Shown here: positions 8,837-19,699 of the stretch, piece by piece
How positions within the stretch are numbered: position 1 is the stretch's first letter
Layout of the letters: each line of letters starts with the position of its first letter
Source of the DNA: Gemmatimonadota bacterium
GTDB lineage: Bacteria > Gemmatimonadota > Gemmatimonadetes > Palauibacterales > Palauibacteraceae
Direction of reading: 5' to 3'
Assembly: GCA_963666735.1 (NCBI GenBank)
Contig: OY762926.1
Span: 3,328,001-3,392,000 of the forward strand
DNA: 64,000 nucleotides
Made by a program: the position numbers and the translations under genes
Notes under the pieces: generated by a model
What the model was told of the DNA's origin: nothing
What the model saw: the letters and a program-made list of their open reading frames with translations, nothing else
The model's database searches: none

Positions 8837-9690
8837 ATCGTTTCGAGATCTTCGGCTCGTACCCAGCCGACCTTGCCGTCTTCCAGCACGATCTCGAGCC
8901 AGTCGCTCGATCTCCGGTCGATCCGGACCACGGCGCCTTCGTGAATCGTGAACAACTGCAGCGAGGGATCTTCGGAGGGCGCGCTCTGCACGGCGGCCTC
9001 CGTCTGCAGGATCACCCCGCGCTCCGCGCGCCCGACCCCGAGCTCACGGATCAGCAGGTTCGTGCCGGCGACGGAGGCGAGCGCGGCCGCTGCCGCGGCG
9101 GCGTGGCGGGTCCAGTGCGGCGGTCCGTTGGAGAGGAGCCGGTAGAGGACGATGGAAGCCAGCCCCAGGTAGCCCAGCGCCAGGATCGCGATGAGCCACC
9201 CGCGCGGCACGAGTTGCAGCGCCCACCCGACGACGCGGGGCACCCAGAACCCCGGCAGCGGCGTGATCTCGTCGGCGGTCAGGGAGCGCGCGAGTTCCAG
9301 GTTGCCGCGCACGTTCTCGTCCCGCGGAAGCGCGACCCTGGCGCGCTCGTAGAAGAGGATCGCCCGGCCCAGTTCCCCGAGCCTGAAGTAGGCGTTGCCG
9401 ATGTTGTAGTGGAGTTCGCCGCTCTCGAACCCGTCCTCGTACAGTCCGAGGTAGGCATCGAGGGCGGCCTCATGGTCTCCGGCCTGATAGAGGCGGTTCC
9501 CGGCCTGGAAGCGGTCGGCGGGCGCAGGGCCGCGCGCAGTTTCCTGCACGGTGGCGAGTTCGGTCGCCGGAGCCGGCGCGAGGGTTGGCGCCAGAGCGAG
9601 CGCCACGGCCGGGAGCCCGGCGAGTGCCACGGCCGTGAGCCCGATGACCGCCAACCCGTGGCGACGCCCGGCAAGGCGGCGGGCGATCAT
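8833..9690 (-). CDS. batE: BatE-like TPR + SH3 membrane protein
   Basis: TPR (LHYNIGNAYFRLGELGRAILFYERA), two TM segments, C-terminal SH3 (FTIHEGAVV..WLEIVLEDGKVGWV); last gene of the bat operon. Confidence 0.8.
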   Translation of the reverse strand: MIARRLAGRRHGLAVIGLTAVALAGLPAVALALAPTLAPAPATELATVQETARGPAPADRFQAGNRLYQAGDHEAALDAYLGLYEDGFESGELHYNIGNAYFRLGELGRAILFYERARVALPRDENVRGNLELARSLTADEITPLPGFWVPRVVGWALQLVPRGWLIAILALGYLGLASIVLYRLLSNGPPHWTRHAAAAAAALASVAGTNLLIRELGVGRAERGVILQTEAAVQSAPSEDPSLQLFTIHEGAVVRIDRRSSDWLEIVLEDGKVGWVRAEDLETI

Positions 9691-11573
9691 CGGAGTTCTC
9701 CCGCGAGGGCGGAAAGCGCGGACTCGGCGCGGGCCAGAAAGGTCTTCCGTTCTTCGATCTCGGCGCCGACCGGGGCGAAGCGCTGCCGGTCGCAGGCTTC
9801 GAGCGCGGCAAGGTACTCGTCGACGGTGGGCTCGCGGGCGCCGCGGCGGAGCAGAGCGGCGCGGAGGTCGTCGCGGATCATCCCGGCAGCGGAGGTGTCG
9901 AGCTTGTCGGCGACGAACCCTTCCAGCGCCTGGGCGGCCTCGGCGTAGAAGGCCCGCGCATCGCTGCCCCCCGCGAGCCCGGCGGCCCGGGCGAGGCGCT
10001 TCTTCGCCACGCGGGCCGCCCGGCGGTCGCGAGCGTAGGCCCGGTCGCCCGCGAGCCGGTCGCGGCGCCGGCGCAGCCCGGCCGCGCCCGCGACCATGCC
10101 GACGGGCGCAAGCGCGACGATCCAGAACCATGCCTGGTCGAACAGCATCTCACCCCGGCGACGGAAGCGCGGCGTATCGGTCCGGATGAAGCGGATGTCC
10201 GAGCGCAGCGCCTCGACGGAGCCGCGCGCGCGTGTTCCCGGCAACGCGTCCTCGACCGCCCGGCCCGTGACCCGCAGGTCGACCGGCGCCGCCGACGCCG
10301 TCTCGTAGCGGTCCGCCTCGGCGTTGTAGTACCCCATGTCCACGCCCGGTATCGTCAGCGTTCCGGGCGCCCGGGGTATGAGGACGTACTCCCACGTCCG
10401 CGTTCCCGCGACACCGGCGTCGGTGGTTCGCAGGCGATCGGACACCTCCGGCGGAAAGGCCTCAACGGTCGGCGGAAAGGCGAGTTCCGGCGGTGCCAGC
10501 GCCTTCAGGTTGCCGGAACCCGACACGTCCACGCGCAACGTGACCGCCTCGTTGGCGGCCAGACTGTCCCGGTCGACGGAACTCTCGATCGCCAGATCCC
10601 CCACGAGGCCCGTGAAGCCCGCCGGCCGGCCCTCCGCGGGGAGGGGGAGCACTTCGATCTCGACCGGAGGCGAAGCGGCGCCCGTCGTCACGACATCGCC
10701 GAACAGGGAACTCCGGTTGAAGAATCCCCCGAACACATCGTCGAACGGATCGCGCGATCGTCGCTGCACGCGGACCTGCGCCTCGATCGCGAGCGGTTCG
10801 AGCGTCTTCGAACCCGGCCCTGTCGGATACAGCGCCACCTTCCGGATCACCGCCGTCGCGTAGGCGACCCCGTCGCGCACGACCTGCTCCACCTGCGGCT
10901 GTTGCGGGAGTTCGAACTCCTCGACCCAGAAGCCCGCCGTGGCGGGAAGTCGCGTGACCCCGTACGAACTCACGTTGACGCGGGTGAAGAGCCGGTATTC
11001 GACGATGACGGGTTCGTTCTCGCGGACGCGGCGCTTGTTCGGCTCGGCGACGACGAAGAGGTCGTCCGGGCCGATGTTCCCGGGGTCCGAAGGCTGCCCT
11101 GCCGGGGCTCCCTCCGCTCCCGGCGCCGGCTGGGGGGCCGACGACACGCGCAGGCTCAGCGGCTCCGTCGTCAGCGCCTCTCCGCCCGCCTCGACCGTCA
11201 CCGGCCCGATCTCGAACGTCCCCTCCGTCGTCGCCTGGAAACGGTACCGCACGGTGAGCGAGACGGTCGTCCGGCCGTTCACGATCCGCACCGAGGTCTG
11301 CGTCCCGCTGCTCAGGAAGGCGGCGAAGGCGGCCATGCCGGGAAGGACGGGGTCCTGGTCGAAGCGTTGGACGCCTTCCAGGACGACGTTGAGCGTGAAG
11401 GTCTGCCCCACGCCGACTTCCCCGCGGTCGAGGTGCGCCGAGGCCGTGACATCCTGCCCGGAGAGCGCGCCGGGAACGAGGAGGCAGGCCAGGACCCACG
11501 CCCGGACCCGGGCGAGGACGGGGGTCGCCGCCGAGCGGTCCGGGCGCACGGGAAGTCGAAGCCGTCGCATCAC
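9687..11573 (-). CDS. batD: BatD protein
   Basis: Signal peptide, Ig-like repeats (SSGTQTSVRIVNGR, VSGSGNL, EYVLIPR), C-terminal TM segment; operon position. Confidence 0.85.
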   Translation of the reverse strand: MMRRLRLPVRPDRSAATPVLARVRAWVLACLLVPGALSGQDVTASAHLDRGEVGVGQTFTLNVVLEGVQRFDQDPVLPGMAAFAAFLSSGTQTSVRIVNGRTTVSLTVRYRFQATTEGTFEIGPVTVEAGGEALTTEPLSLRVSSAPQPAPGAEGAPAGQPSDPGNIGPDDLFVVAEPNKRRVRENEPVIVEYRLFTRVNVSSYGVTRLPATAGFWVEEFELPQQPQVEQVVRDGVAYATAVIRKVALYPTGPGSKTLEPLAIEAQVRVQRRSRDPFDDVFGGFFNRSSLFGDVVTTGAASPPVEIEVLPLPAEGRPAGFTGLVGDLAIESSVDRDSLAANEAVTLRVDVSGSGNLKALAPPELAFPPTVEAFPPEVSDRLRTTDAGVAGTRTWEYVLIPRAPGTLTIPGVDMGYYNAEADRYETASAAPVDLRVTGRAVEDALPGTRARGSVEALRSDIRFIRTDTPRFRRRGEMLFDQAWFWIVALAPVGMVAGAAGLRRRRDRLAGDRAYARDRRAARVAKKRLARAAGLAGGSDARAFYAEAAQALEGFVADKLDTSAAGMIRDDLRAALLRRGAREPTVDEYLAALEACDRQRFAPVGAEIEERKTFLARAESALSALAGELR

Positions 11574-12373
11574 CAGTCCCTGCGCGGCCTCGTGCCGCGC
11601 GTCGGCGTGCGCGGCTGGCGGTTCACCTCATCCTGATCCTCCTGGATCGCGTCAAGCAGCCGTTCGGCCTCCTCCCGCGTCATTTCTCCGGGCGGGGGTG
11701 TTCCCTCCTGCGGCGGTGATTCCGATTCCTCCGGATCCCGCTCGGGGTCCGGCTCAGGGTTCGGCTGGCTCTGCGGATCCTGGTTCGGATCCTGCTCGGG
11801 CTGATCCTGATCCTGTTGATCCTGCTGCGGATCCTGGTTCTGCTCGCCACCTTGCGGTTGCTGCTCGCTCTCGTCCTCCTCGTCGTTCTCGCCGTCGCCC
11901 TGCTGCTGCTGCTCCTGCTCCTGCATCTGTTCGAGCACCCGCTCGAGGTTGTGTTTGGCGTCGGGGTCCGCCGGGTCGGCGCGCAGCGCCTGCTTGAAGG
12001 CCTCCAGACTCTCGGGGAGCGCGCCCTGCCGGTAGAGCGTGTTCCCGAGGTTGTACCACGCGGCGGCCGCCAACTCCGGGTCTCCGCCCTCCACCGCGGC
12101 GCGGAAGGATTCCAGCGCCGACTCGTAGTCCTCGCCCCGGTAGAGCGCGTTCCCGTCGTTGAACCGGATGATCGGGGAGTCCGGGTCCGCGAGGAGCGCC
12201 TCCAGGTACTTCTCGTGCGCCTCGGCGAAACGTCCCTCCTCATAGAGGCGGTTCCCCTCGCGCGTCTCGGCGCGTCCCGCCTGCGCGCGCACTTCGGCGG
12301 GCGCCGCGGCCACGAGGGCCGCGACGGCGAGGGGCAGCCACAGCCGCCCGATGCGTCTGCCCGTCGCGCTCAC
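11570..12373 (-). CDS. batC: BatC-like TPR protein with acidic Gln-rich tail
   Basis: TPRs (WYNLGNTLY..FKQALRADP..AKHNLE), Q/E/D-rich linker, MTREEAERLLDAI...RDW end. Confidence 0.85.
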   Translation of the reverse strand: MSATGRRIGRLWLPLAVAALVAAAPAEVRAQAGRAETREGNRLYEEGRFAEAHEKYLEALLADPDSPIIRFNDGNALYRGEDYESALESFRAAVEGGDPELAAAAWYNLGNTLYRQGALPESLEAFKQALRADPADPDAKHNLERVLEQMQEQEQQQQGDGENDEEDESEQQPQGGEQNQDPQQDQQDQDQPEQDPNQDPQSQPNPEPDPERDPEESESPPQEGTPPPGEMTREEAERLLDAIQEDQDEVNRQPRTPTRGTRPRRDW

Positions 12374-13401
12374 GTGAACCTCCCTCTCCAGGCACTCACG
12401 GTCTTCTTCCGGTCCGTCCACAGTCCCTCCAGGAACAATAGGAGAATCGCCGCGCCGAGGAATATCTGGAACTGCTCCTCGTACTGCGTGACCTCGCGCG
12501 CGTCGATCTCGCGTCCGCCCAGCGCCGAGACCTCTTCGATGAGCGCCGTCAACTCGCTTGCCTCGGGGGTGCTGCGGTAGAGCTGTCCGCCCGTGCGCGA
12601 CGCGATCCGCCTCAATGCCGTCTCGTCGAGCCGGGTCGTGACGACGGCCCCCGCTTCGTCGCGCTTGAACCCGGCCGGCCCGCCCGCCGCGCCGTACTCG
12701 GGAATCGGGACGCCGTCCGTCGAACCCACGCCGACCGTGTGGATCGTAACCCCGGCCTCGAGTGCGCGGTCCACCGCCGGCTCGATGCCCCCCTCATGGT
12801 CTTCGCCGTCGGTGACGACGATGATGATGCGTTCCTCCACCGGCGCGTCGGAGAAGGCTTCCAGCGCGAGTTCGAGCGCGGCCCCGAGATCCGTTCCCTG
12901 CACGGGCACGAGTTCCGTGTCCATCGCGTTGAGGAAGAGGCGCGCGGCTCCGTAGTCCGACGTCAGCGGGCTCTGGACGAAGGCTTGGCCGGCAAAGGCG
13001 ATGAGGCCGATGCGGTCCCCGTCCAGCCGCTCGATGAGGCGCTGGATTTCGAGTTTCGAGCGCTGCAGGCGGTTGGGGGCGATGTCCTCCGCCAGCATCG
13101 AAGTGGAGAGGTCCAGGGCGACGACGATGTCCATCCCCTCCCGGCGGACGGTCTCCACGCGCGAGCCGAACTGCGGGCGGGCCAGGGCAACGGCGGAGAG
13201 GGCGAGCACGGCGAGGAGTCCGATGGCCTTCCAGGCGCGGGCCCGCGGGTTCACGCTCCGGCTCAACCGGCGGACGAGCGCGAGGTCGCCGAAGCGGGCC
13301 AGCGCCCGGCGCCGCAGGGTCACGCCCCGCCACATCAGGCCGGCGGCCAGCGGGATGAGCGCCAGTCCGAACAGTGCCGTGACGAACCCGAAGCGGAACA
13401 C
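12370..13401 (-). CDS. batB: BatB vWA-domain protein
   Basis: ALARPQFG, MIDAS DLSTSM, TDGEDHEG. Confidence 0.88.
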   Translation of the reverse strand: MFRFGFVTALFGLALIPLAAGLMWRGVTLRRRALARFGDLALVRRLSRSVNPRARAWKAIGLLAVLALSAVALARPQFGSRVETVRREGMDIVVALDLSTSMLAEDIAPNRLQRSKLEIQRLIERLDGDRIGLIAFAGQAFVQSPLTSDYGAARLFLNAMDTELVPVQGTDLGAALELALEAFSDAPVEERIIIVVTDGEDHEGGIEPAVDRALEAGVTIHTVGVGSTDGVPIPEYGAAGGPAGFKRDEAGAVVTTRLDETALRRIASRTGGQLYRSTPEASELTALIEEVSALGGREIDAREVTQYEEQFQIFLGAAILLLFLEGLWTDRKKTVSAWRGRFT

Positions 13402-13419
13402 GATGGTGCCTCCCCCCCG

Positions 13420-14415
13420 CTACGGCAGTCTTCGCAGGACCGTCTGCGCGAGCCCGATCTCGAGCAGCAGCAGTCCGAGTCCCGCCGCGAGCGGGAAGTG
13501 GAAGAGTTCGCCGTACCGCGTGAAGCTCTGCACGTCGATCTCGGTCGTCTCGAGCGCGTCGATCTCCTCGTAGATGCGTTCGAGGCTCTCGCGGTCGGTG
13601 GCCCGGAAGTACCGTCCTCCGGTGACCTCGGCAACCTCCGCGAGGGTGGGTTCGTCGACGTCCACGGGAATCGACACGAGGCGCCGCCCGAAGACCGGAT
13701 CGTCGACGGGAACCGGGGCCGTCCCGCGCGACCCCGCCGCGATCGTATAGACCTTGACCCCCAGCGCCCGGGCCATTTGGGCGGCGGTCGCCGGATCGAT
13801 CTCGCCGCGGTTGTTCCGGCCATCGGTGAGGAGCACGATGATCCTCGATTCGGCCTGGCTGGACTCGAGGCGCTTGAGCGCGGTCGCGAGTCCGAGTCCG
13901 ATCGCGGTCCCGTCCTCGACCATTCCCACCTCCAGTTCGGCCATGACCGCCGAGACGGCCGGGTGATCGATCGTGAGCGGGGCCTGGGTGAACGCCTGTC
14001 CGGCGAACACGACGAGTCCGATGCGGTCGTTGCGGCGGCGTTCGACGAAGTCCGCCGCGACCTCCCGGGCCGCCTCCAGCCGGTTGGGCACCAGATCCTG
14101 CGCGAGCATGGAACTGGAGATGTCCAGGGCCATGACGATGTCGACGCCCTCGGTCGACACATCCTCGCTGATCGAGGCGGATTGGGGGCGGGCGAAGGCG
14201 ACGATGAACAAGCTGAGGGCGAGCAGGCGCAGCGCCAGCGGCACATGGCGCAGGCGGCCGGTGCGCTCGGCCCCCGAGCGCCGGAGGAGCGCCAGGTCCG
14301 GGTAGCGCAGGGCGCCGGCCCTGCGTCCTCCCCTCGCCAGGCGCCGGTAGGCGAGCGCCGGGACGAGGAGCAGCAGGAGCAGGAGAAACGCGGGATCCGC
14401 GAAGCGGTGGATCAT
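13420..14415 (-). CDS. batA: BatA vWA-domain protein
   Basis: FARPQ, DISSSMLAQDL.PNRL, GTAIGLG, LLTDGRNNRG. Confidence 0.9.
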   Translation of the reverse strand: MIHRFADPAFLLLLLLLVPALAYRRLARGGRRAGALRYPDLALLRRSGAERTGRLRHVPLALRLLALSLFIVAFARPQSASISEDVSTEGVDIVMALDISSSMLAQDLVPNRLEAAREVAADFVERRRNDRIGLVVFAGQAFTQAPLTIDHPAVSAVMAELEVGMVEDGTAIGLGLATALKRLESSQAESRIIVLLTDGRNNRGEIDPATAAQMARALGVKVYTIAAGSRGTAPVPVDDPVFGRRLVSIPVDVDEPTLAEVAEVTGGRYFRATDRESLERIYEEIDALETTEIDVQSFTRYGELFHFPLAAGLGLLLLEIGLAQTVLRRLP

Positions 14416-15467
14416 GGAACGGCCGCCTCGGTCCGGTCGTCCGCGGCCGCTTCGGCTCTGTCGGCTGCGGTCTCTCCGGGCGTCGTCGCTTCGGCTGCGG
14501 TCTCGTCGGACTCCGCGGCGGGGGGCGGGGGCACGAACTTCGTCCGTTCCACCAGCGTGCGCGCGTCGGCGAGGATGCCCCGGCACGCCGCCTCATCCGG
14601 CCGCCGCTTCGCGAACTTCACCAGGTCGCAGGCGTCCAGGAAGCGTTCGAAGGCCGTTCGAAGACCGGGGTCCACGCCGGCATGCCCCAGGCTCGAGATC
14701 ACGTCCGGCGTGATCATCTCCAGGGCCCAGATCCGGTACCGTCCCTCGAGGTAGGCGCGGATGATCCGGGACACCTCGATGTGGTACGGCTTGATCTCGC
14801 CGCGCTCCAGGAGAGGGGACGCCTCGAGCCGGTCCAGCGCCTCGAGCGCGATCTCGTGTGGCGGCCGAGCCGGGACCGGTGGCCGGGAGTCGGTCCGGTG
14901 GGGGCTGCGACGCCGCCGGCGCCCCCACCAGTACCCGGCGCCGGCGAGCGCCGCGGCGAGCAGGAGCCACGGCCACAGGAGCAGCCAATTGCGCGCGACC
15001 GCGCGCGGGCCCTTCACGTCGCGGATGTCTCCGCTCTCGTCGAGCCCGACCGTGGTCACGCCGATCACCACGGGGTCGGTGGAGACGGTGGCCGAGACGC
15101 CCGCCCCGTCCGTGAGTGCGAGATCGAACGAAGGGAGTTCGAGTTCGCCCAACTCGAAGGCGGTCACGCGCAGCACCGCCGGCGTGCGCACGCCTTCTCC
15201 GTAGGCCTCGGGCGGACCCGCCTCGAGCGCCAGCGCCTCGAAGGGACCCAGCGAGAGCGAGTCGGGCCAGCGCACGGCGAGATCCGCCGGGTGCTCGACG
15301 GAGAGCCGCAGCGCGAGCGGATCGCCCACATGGATCTCCGTCGTGTCGGGTTCGATGGTGACCCGAGGCGACTGCCCCCGAAGGTCTCCGCCCGCTCCGA
15401 GAGCCCCGCACGCCAGCAGGAGGCTCACGACGGCGGCCCGCCTCCCGTCCCACGATCCGCGGCTCAT
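14412..15467 (-). CDS. Bat-operon membrane protein (Ig-like N-terminus, one TM segment, helical C-terminus)
   Basis: Signal peptide, DIRDVKGP then a TM segment, PHEIALEAL...DLVKFAK; usual position between DUF58 and batA. Confidence 0.75.
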   Translation of the reverse strand: MSRGSWDGRRAAVVSLLLACGALGAGGDLRGQSPRVTIEPDTTEIHVGDPLALRLSVEHPADLAVRWPDSLSLGPFEALALEAGPPEAYGEGVRTPAVLRVTAFELGELELPSFDLALTDGAGVSATVSTDPVVIGVTTVGLDESGDIRDVKGPRAVARNWLLLWPWLLLAAALAGAGYWWGRRRRRSPHRTDSRPPVPARPPHEIALEALDRLEASPLLERGEIKPYHIEVSRIIRAYLEGRYRIWALEMITPDVISSLGHAGVDPGLRTAFERFLDACDLVKFAKRRPDEAACRGILADARTLVERTKFVPPPPAAESDETAAEATTPGETAADRAEAAADDRTEAAVP

Positions 15468-16339
15468 ATGCGCCGTCCCCGCTCCTCGAAGAAGCGCATC
15501 AGCGGCCGCAGGTAGGGGCGCCCCGGACTGAGATCCACGACGTCGACCTTGCTGCGCCGGAACGTCCGGTCCTGTCCCGCCCGCGCCTCCTCCCCGCAAC
15601 TCGCGAACGCCGCCCGGAAATCACGGTTCGAGGTGTCGACGACGAGCCGTTCTCCCGTCTCCGCGTCCTCGAGTTCGACGAGTCCGATGGGCGGCAGTTC
15701 CGACTCCCGCCGGTCCCTCACCCGGAGGGCGACGACGTCGTGCCGCCGGCCCGCGACCCCGAGCGCTTTCTCGAAGGGCTTCGAGACGAAGTCGGAGACG
15801 ACGAAGACCACGGCCCGCCGCCGGATGATGCGCGAGAGGTACTCGAGCGCCGCGCCGAGGTCCGTCGACCGGCCCCGGGGCTGGTGATACAGCATCTCGC
15901 GCAGCACGCGCAGGACGTGCCGCCGGCCCTTCCGTGGCGGGACGAATTTCTCGACGCGGTCGCTGAAGATGATGAGCCCGACCTTGTCGTTGTTCTTGAT
16001 CGCGCTGAAGGCGAGCAGGGAGCACACCTCGACGGCGAGATCTCCCTTCATGCGCTCCCGGGTGCCGAAATCTCCGGATGCGCTCACGTCCACGAGGAGC
16101 ATCACCGTGAGTTCGCGCTCTTCCTCGAAGATCTTGACGTGGGGCGTTCCGGTGCGGGCGGTGACGTTCCAGTCGATCGAGCGGATGTCGTCGCCGTAGT
16201 CGTACTCGCGCACCTCGGCGAAGTTGATGCCGCGTCCCTTGAACACGGAGTGGTATTCGCCCGAGAACACCTGGTCCACGAGCCCCCGCGTCGTGATCTC
16301 GATGCGGCGGACCTTCCGGAGGATCTCCCGCGGAATCAT
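15464..16339 (-). CDS. DUF58 family protein
   Basis: GEYHSVFKGRGINFAEVREYDYGDDIRSIDWNVTAR, EEERELT, VSDF. Confidence 0.92.
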   Translation of the reverse strand: MIPREILRKVRRIEITTRGLVDQVFSGEYHSVFKGRGINFAEVREYDYGDDIRSIDWNVTARTGTPHVKIFEEERELTVMLLVDVSASGDFGTRERMKGDLAVEVCSLLAFSAIKNNDKVGLIIFSDRVEKFVPPRKGRRHVLRVLREMLYHQPRGRSTDLGAALEYLSRIIRRRAVVFVVSDFVSKPFEKALGVAGRRHDVVALRVRDRRESELPPIGLVELEDAETGERLVVDTSNRDFRAAFASCGEEARAGQDRTFRRSKVDVVDLSPGRPYLRPLMRFFEERGRRI

Positions 16340-16371
16340 CCCTCCCTCCCTCCCTCCGATTCCCCGAACGC

Positions 16372-17361
<990 letters not shown>

Positions 17362-17593
17362 CGCGGTGCGTTCCTCTCCTCTCGAATCGTCTCTCCGAAT
17401 GATCTCGCGCGAAGGCATCGATCAGCCACCCGTGCCTTATGCCGACGGGAATCGGCGCTTGAAAGACATTTTAGCGAATTTCGGCGTTGCCCGAAGGGTT
17501 TCCCGCGCGGGCCCGCGTTGACGCGGAGCGTGGCGGCGGGCACCGTGGATTCGGACCCCTTGGCGATCACGGAGTCCCAACCAGGAGCGCCGA

Positions 17594-18844
17594 ATGCACG
17601 ACACGCCGGAGCCGGGACCGGAATCGAACACCGTCCACCGCCGCGACCTCCTCCGCTGGCTCGCCGCGAGCCCTCTGCTGGGGGCGCTCGCGGGCTGCGA
17701 CCTGGGCGTGGTCGGTCGGGCGCTCGCCCAGGAGGCGCCGGCGCGGTCGCTCGACGACCTCGTCGCGTCGGCGCAGGAGGCCCTCGATGTGTTCGACCTC
17801 GAGAAGGTGGCCGCGCAAACCGTGCCCACGGCGCACTGGGGATACATCAAGACGGGCGTCGACGGAGAGGGCACGCAGGCCAGCAACCGTGCCTCGCTGG
17901 AGCGGATCTACCTCCGCGCGCGCCGCCTGGTGGACGTCTCCAACCTCGACATGCGCGTCTCGATCTTCGGGCGGGAGTGGCCGACGCCGCTCATGATCGC
18001 GCCGGCGGGAAGCCAGGGCGCCTTCCACCGCGACGGCGAGCTGGCCACCGCGCGGGCGGCCGCGGCCCGAAACCACCTGCAGACGCTCTCATCGGTGAGT
18101 TCGACGGGAGTCGAGGCGGTGAACGAAGCGCGGGGCGAGCCGGTCTGGTACCAGCTCTACGCGCCCCGCCACTGGAACGCGACCGCCGGCCTGATCAACC
18201 GGGTGCGCGAGGCCGGCTGTCCCGTGATCGTACTCACCGTCGATCTCCTCGGCGGGAGCAACCGGCTCACCCTGCGGCGCTGGGAGCGCATCGACGACCG
18301 CAACTGCGACACCTGTCACCGGAGCGGCGGACGGGCGGATCCCGTGAAGCCGATGTACGAGGGGCTGCCCGAGGGCCCGCCCGACAGCGGCGGCCCCTCC
18401 ATGACGTGGGACTACGTGCACCGCCTGCGCGACATCACGGATCAGCGGATCGTCGTGAAGGGCCTCGTGACGCGCGAGGATGCGGAACTCGCCCTGGAAC
18501 ACGGCGTGGACGGCATCTGGGTCTCGAACCACGGCGGCCGCGCGGAAGGGAGCGGCCGTGCGACGATCGATGCGCTGCCCGAGGTCGTGGAGGTGGCCGG
18601 CGGCGAGGTTCCGATCATCGTCGATGGGGGCTTCCGCCGGGGGACCGACATCTTCAAGGGTCTCGCCCGCGGCGCCACCGCGGTCGCGATCGGGCGTCCC
18701 TACCTGTGGGGACTCGGGGCCTTCGGCCAGGCGGGCGTCGAGCGGGTGCTGGAAATCCTGATCGAGGAACTGCGCATCACGATGGGCGCCGCCGGGACGC
18801 CCTCACTCGCCGACATCGGCCCCCACTCCATCGGCGTCGACTGA
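17594..18844 (+). CDS. FMN-dependent alpha-hydroxy-acid oxidase/dehydrogenase with Tat signal and CxxCH motif
   Basis: HRRDLL signal, WYQLY, LTVD, VVKG, VSNHGGR, DGGFRRGTD, IGRPYLWGL; CDTCH at 18305-18319. Confidence 0.88.
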   Translation: MHDTPEPGPESNTVHRRDLLRWLAASPLLGALAGCDLGVVGRALAQEAPARSLDDLVASAQEALDVFDLEKVAAQTVPTAHWGYIKTGVDGEGTQASNRASLERIYLRARRLVDVSNLDMRVSIFGREWPTPLMIAPAGSQGAFHRDGELATARAAAARNHLQTLSSVSSTGVEAVNEARGEPVWYQLYAPRHWNATAGLINRVREAGCPVIVLTVDLLGGSNRLTLRRWERIDDRNCDTCHRSGGRADPVKPMYEGLPEGPPDSGGPSMTWDYVHRLRDITDQRIVVKGLVTREDAELALEHGVDGIWVSNHGGRAEGSGRATIDALPEVVEVAGGEVPIIVDGGFRRGTDIFKGLARGATAVAIGRPYLWGLGAFGQAGVERVLEILIEELRITMGAAGTPSLADIGPHSIGVD

Positions 18845-18847
18845 CGA

Positions 18848-18869
18848 CGGGACGTTCCCGCGGGAACGC
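18848..18869. repeat. 22-bp intergenic repeat, copy 2 (inverted relative to 8141-8162)
   Basis: CGGGACGTTCCCGCGGGAACGC. Confidence 0.7.
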
Positions 18870-18938
18870 GGCACGGAGGTCGTAACGGTTACGGGGACGA
18901 TCACGCCGGCACGGCGCTGTCCGTAGCCGAAGGGGTCG

Positions 18939-19406
18939 TCAGACGAGTCCGAAGAAGTTCAGGATGAATCCGATCGTGATGGGGATGATGGGCAGCAGCG
19001 TGACGCCGGCCGCGATGGTCACGCCCGCCCGGAAGAGGAGGGGGCCGGCCGGCAGGAGCCGTCCGCCGAACAGCTTCTGGAGGGCGATCTCGGCCACCGG
19101 ACCCAACGTATAGCACACATTCGCCCACACGGCCCACCAGATCGCCATGCGGACCATGTCGACCGGTTGAAGGGTCGCGACCACCGCCGTGAGCGCCGCC
19201 CCGAACGTCATCGTCACGAGTCCGGTGGCGCCGACGATGAGGTTGTAGGGGAGCCGGCGCTTCTCCCACCAGCCGATCATCGCCCCGACGCGGCGCTCCG
19301 CCGGCTCGGGGTAGAGGAAATCGGCGAGGAAGGTGCCTCCGGGAACGATGCCCCGGGCCAACTCGCCGCCGGGGGTGGGGTCTGTCAGAGTGTCGTGGTT
19401 CGTCAC
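18939..19406 (-). CDS. Hypothetical membrane protein (about 3 TM segments)
   Basis: WWEKRRLPYNLIVG, ANVCYTLG; normal codon pattern. An alternative ATG at 19445 lies inside the MITE. Confidence 0.7.
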   Translation of the reverse strand: MTNHDTLTDPTPGGELARGIVPGGTFLADFLYPEPAERRVGAMIGWWEKRRLPYNLIVGATGLVTMTFGAALTAVVATLQPVDMVRMAIWWAVWANVCYTLGPVAEIALQKLFGGRLLPAGPLLFRAGVTIAAGVTLLPIIPITIGFILNFFGLV

Positions 19407-19415
19407 GGGCTCACC

Positions 19416-19578
19416 AGTGTGGTGTCGCAGAAATTCCACGGCCATTCGAGCGCCGATGCATCCGCCCCTGCGGCGTTGCTCCTCCTCGCAATAGCTCTGC
19501 TATTCCTCGTCGGAGCGCCTTGCAGTACTCGGCGCCTCGACGCTCTCGGTGGCTCGCGGACTTCTGCGACACCACACT
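19416..19578. mobile_element. 163-bp MITE-like element with 17-bp perfect terminal inverted repeats
   Basis: AGTGTGGTGTCGCAGAA (19416-19432) and TTCTGCGACACCACACT (19562-19578), with imperfect inward pairing and an internal AATAGC-tct-GCTATT hairpin. No transposase. Junctions read CCAG and CTAA (CTAG-like). Confidence 0.75.
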
Positions 19579-19699
19579 AAGCGGGACCGGCTCGGTTCGA
19601 CCTGGTCACACCGTCATACGGTTTCGCGCGCTCCGGGTTCCGTGGAGCCTTCGCTCCGGGGGCCACGGCGACCCCCGGAGCTTGCAGCGACGGGCGCGG

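Noticed and set aside
11690..11930. Repetitive CTG/GATCCT-rich DNA
   Set aside because: Encodes the normal Gln/Glu/Asp-rich BatC linker; not a CRISPR array.
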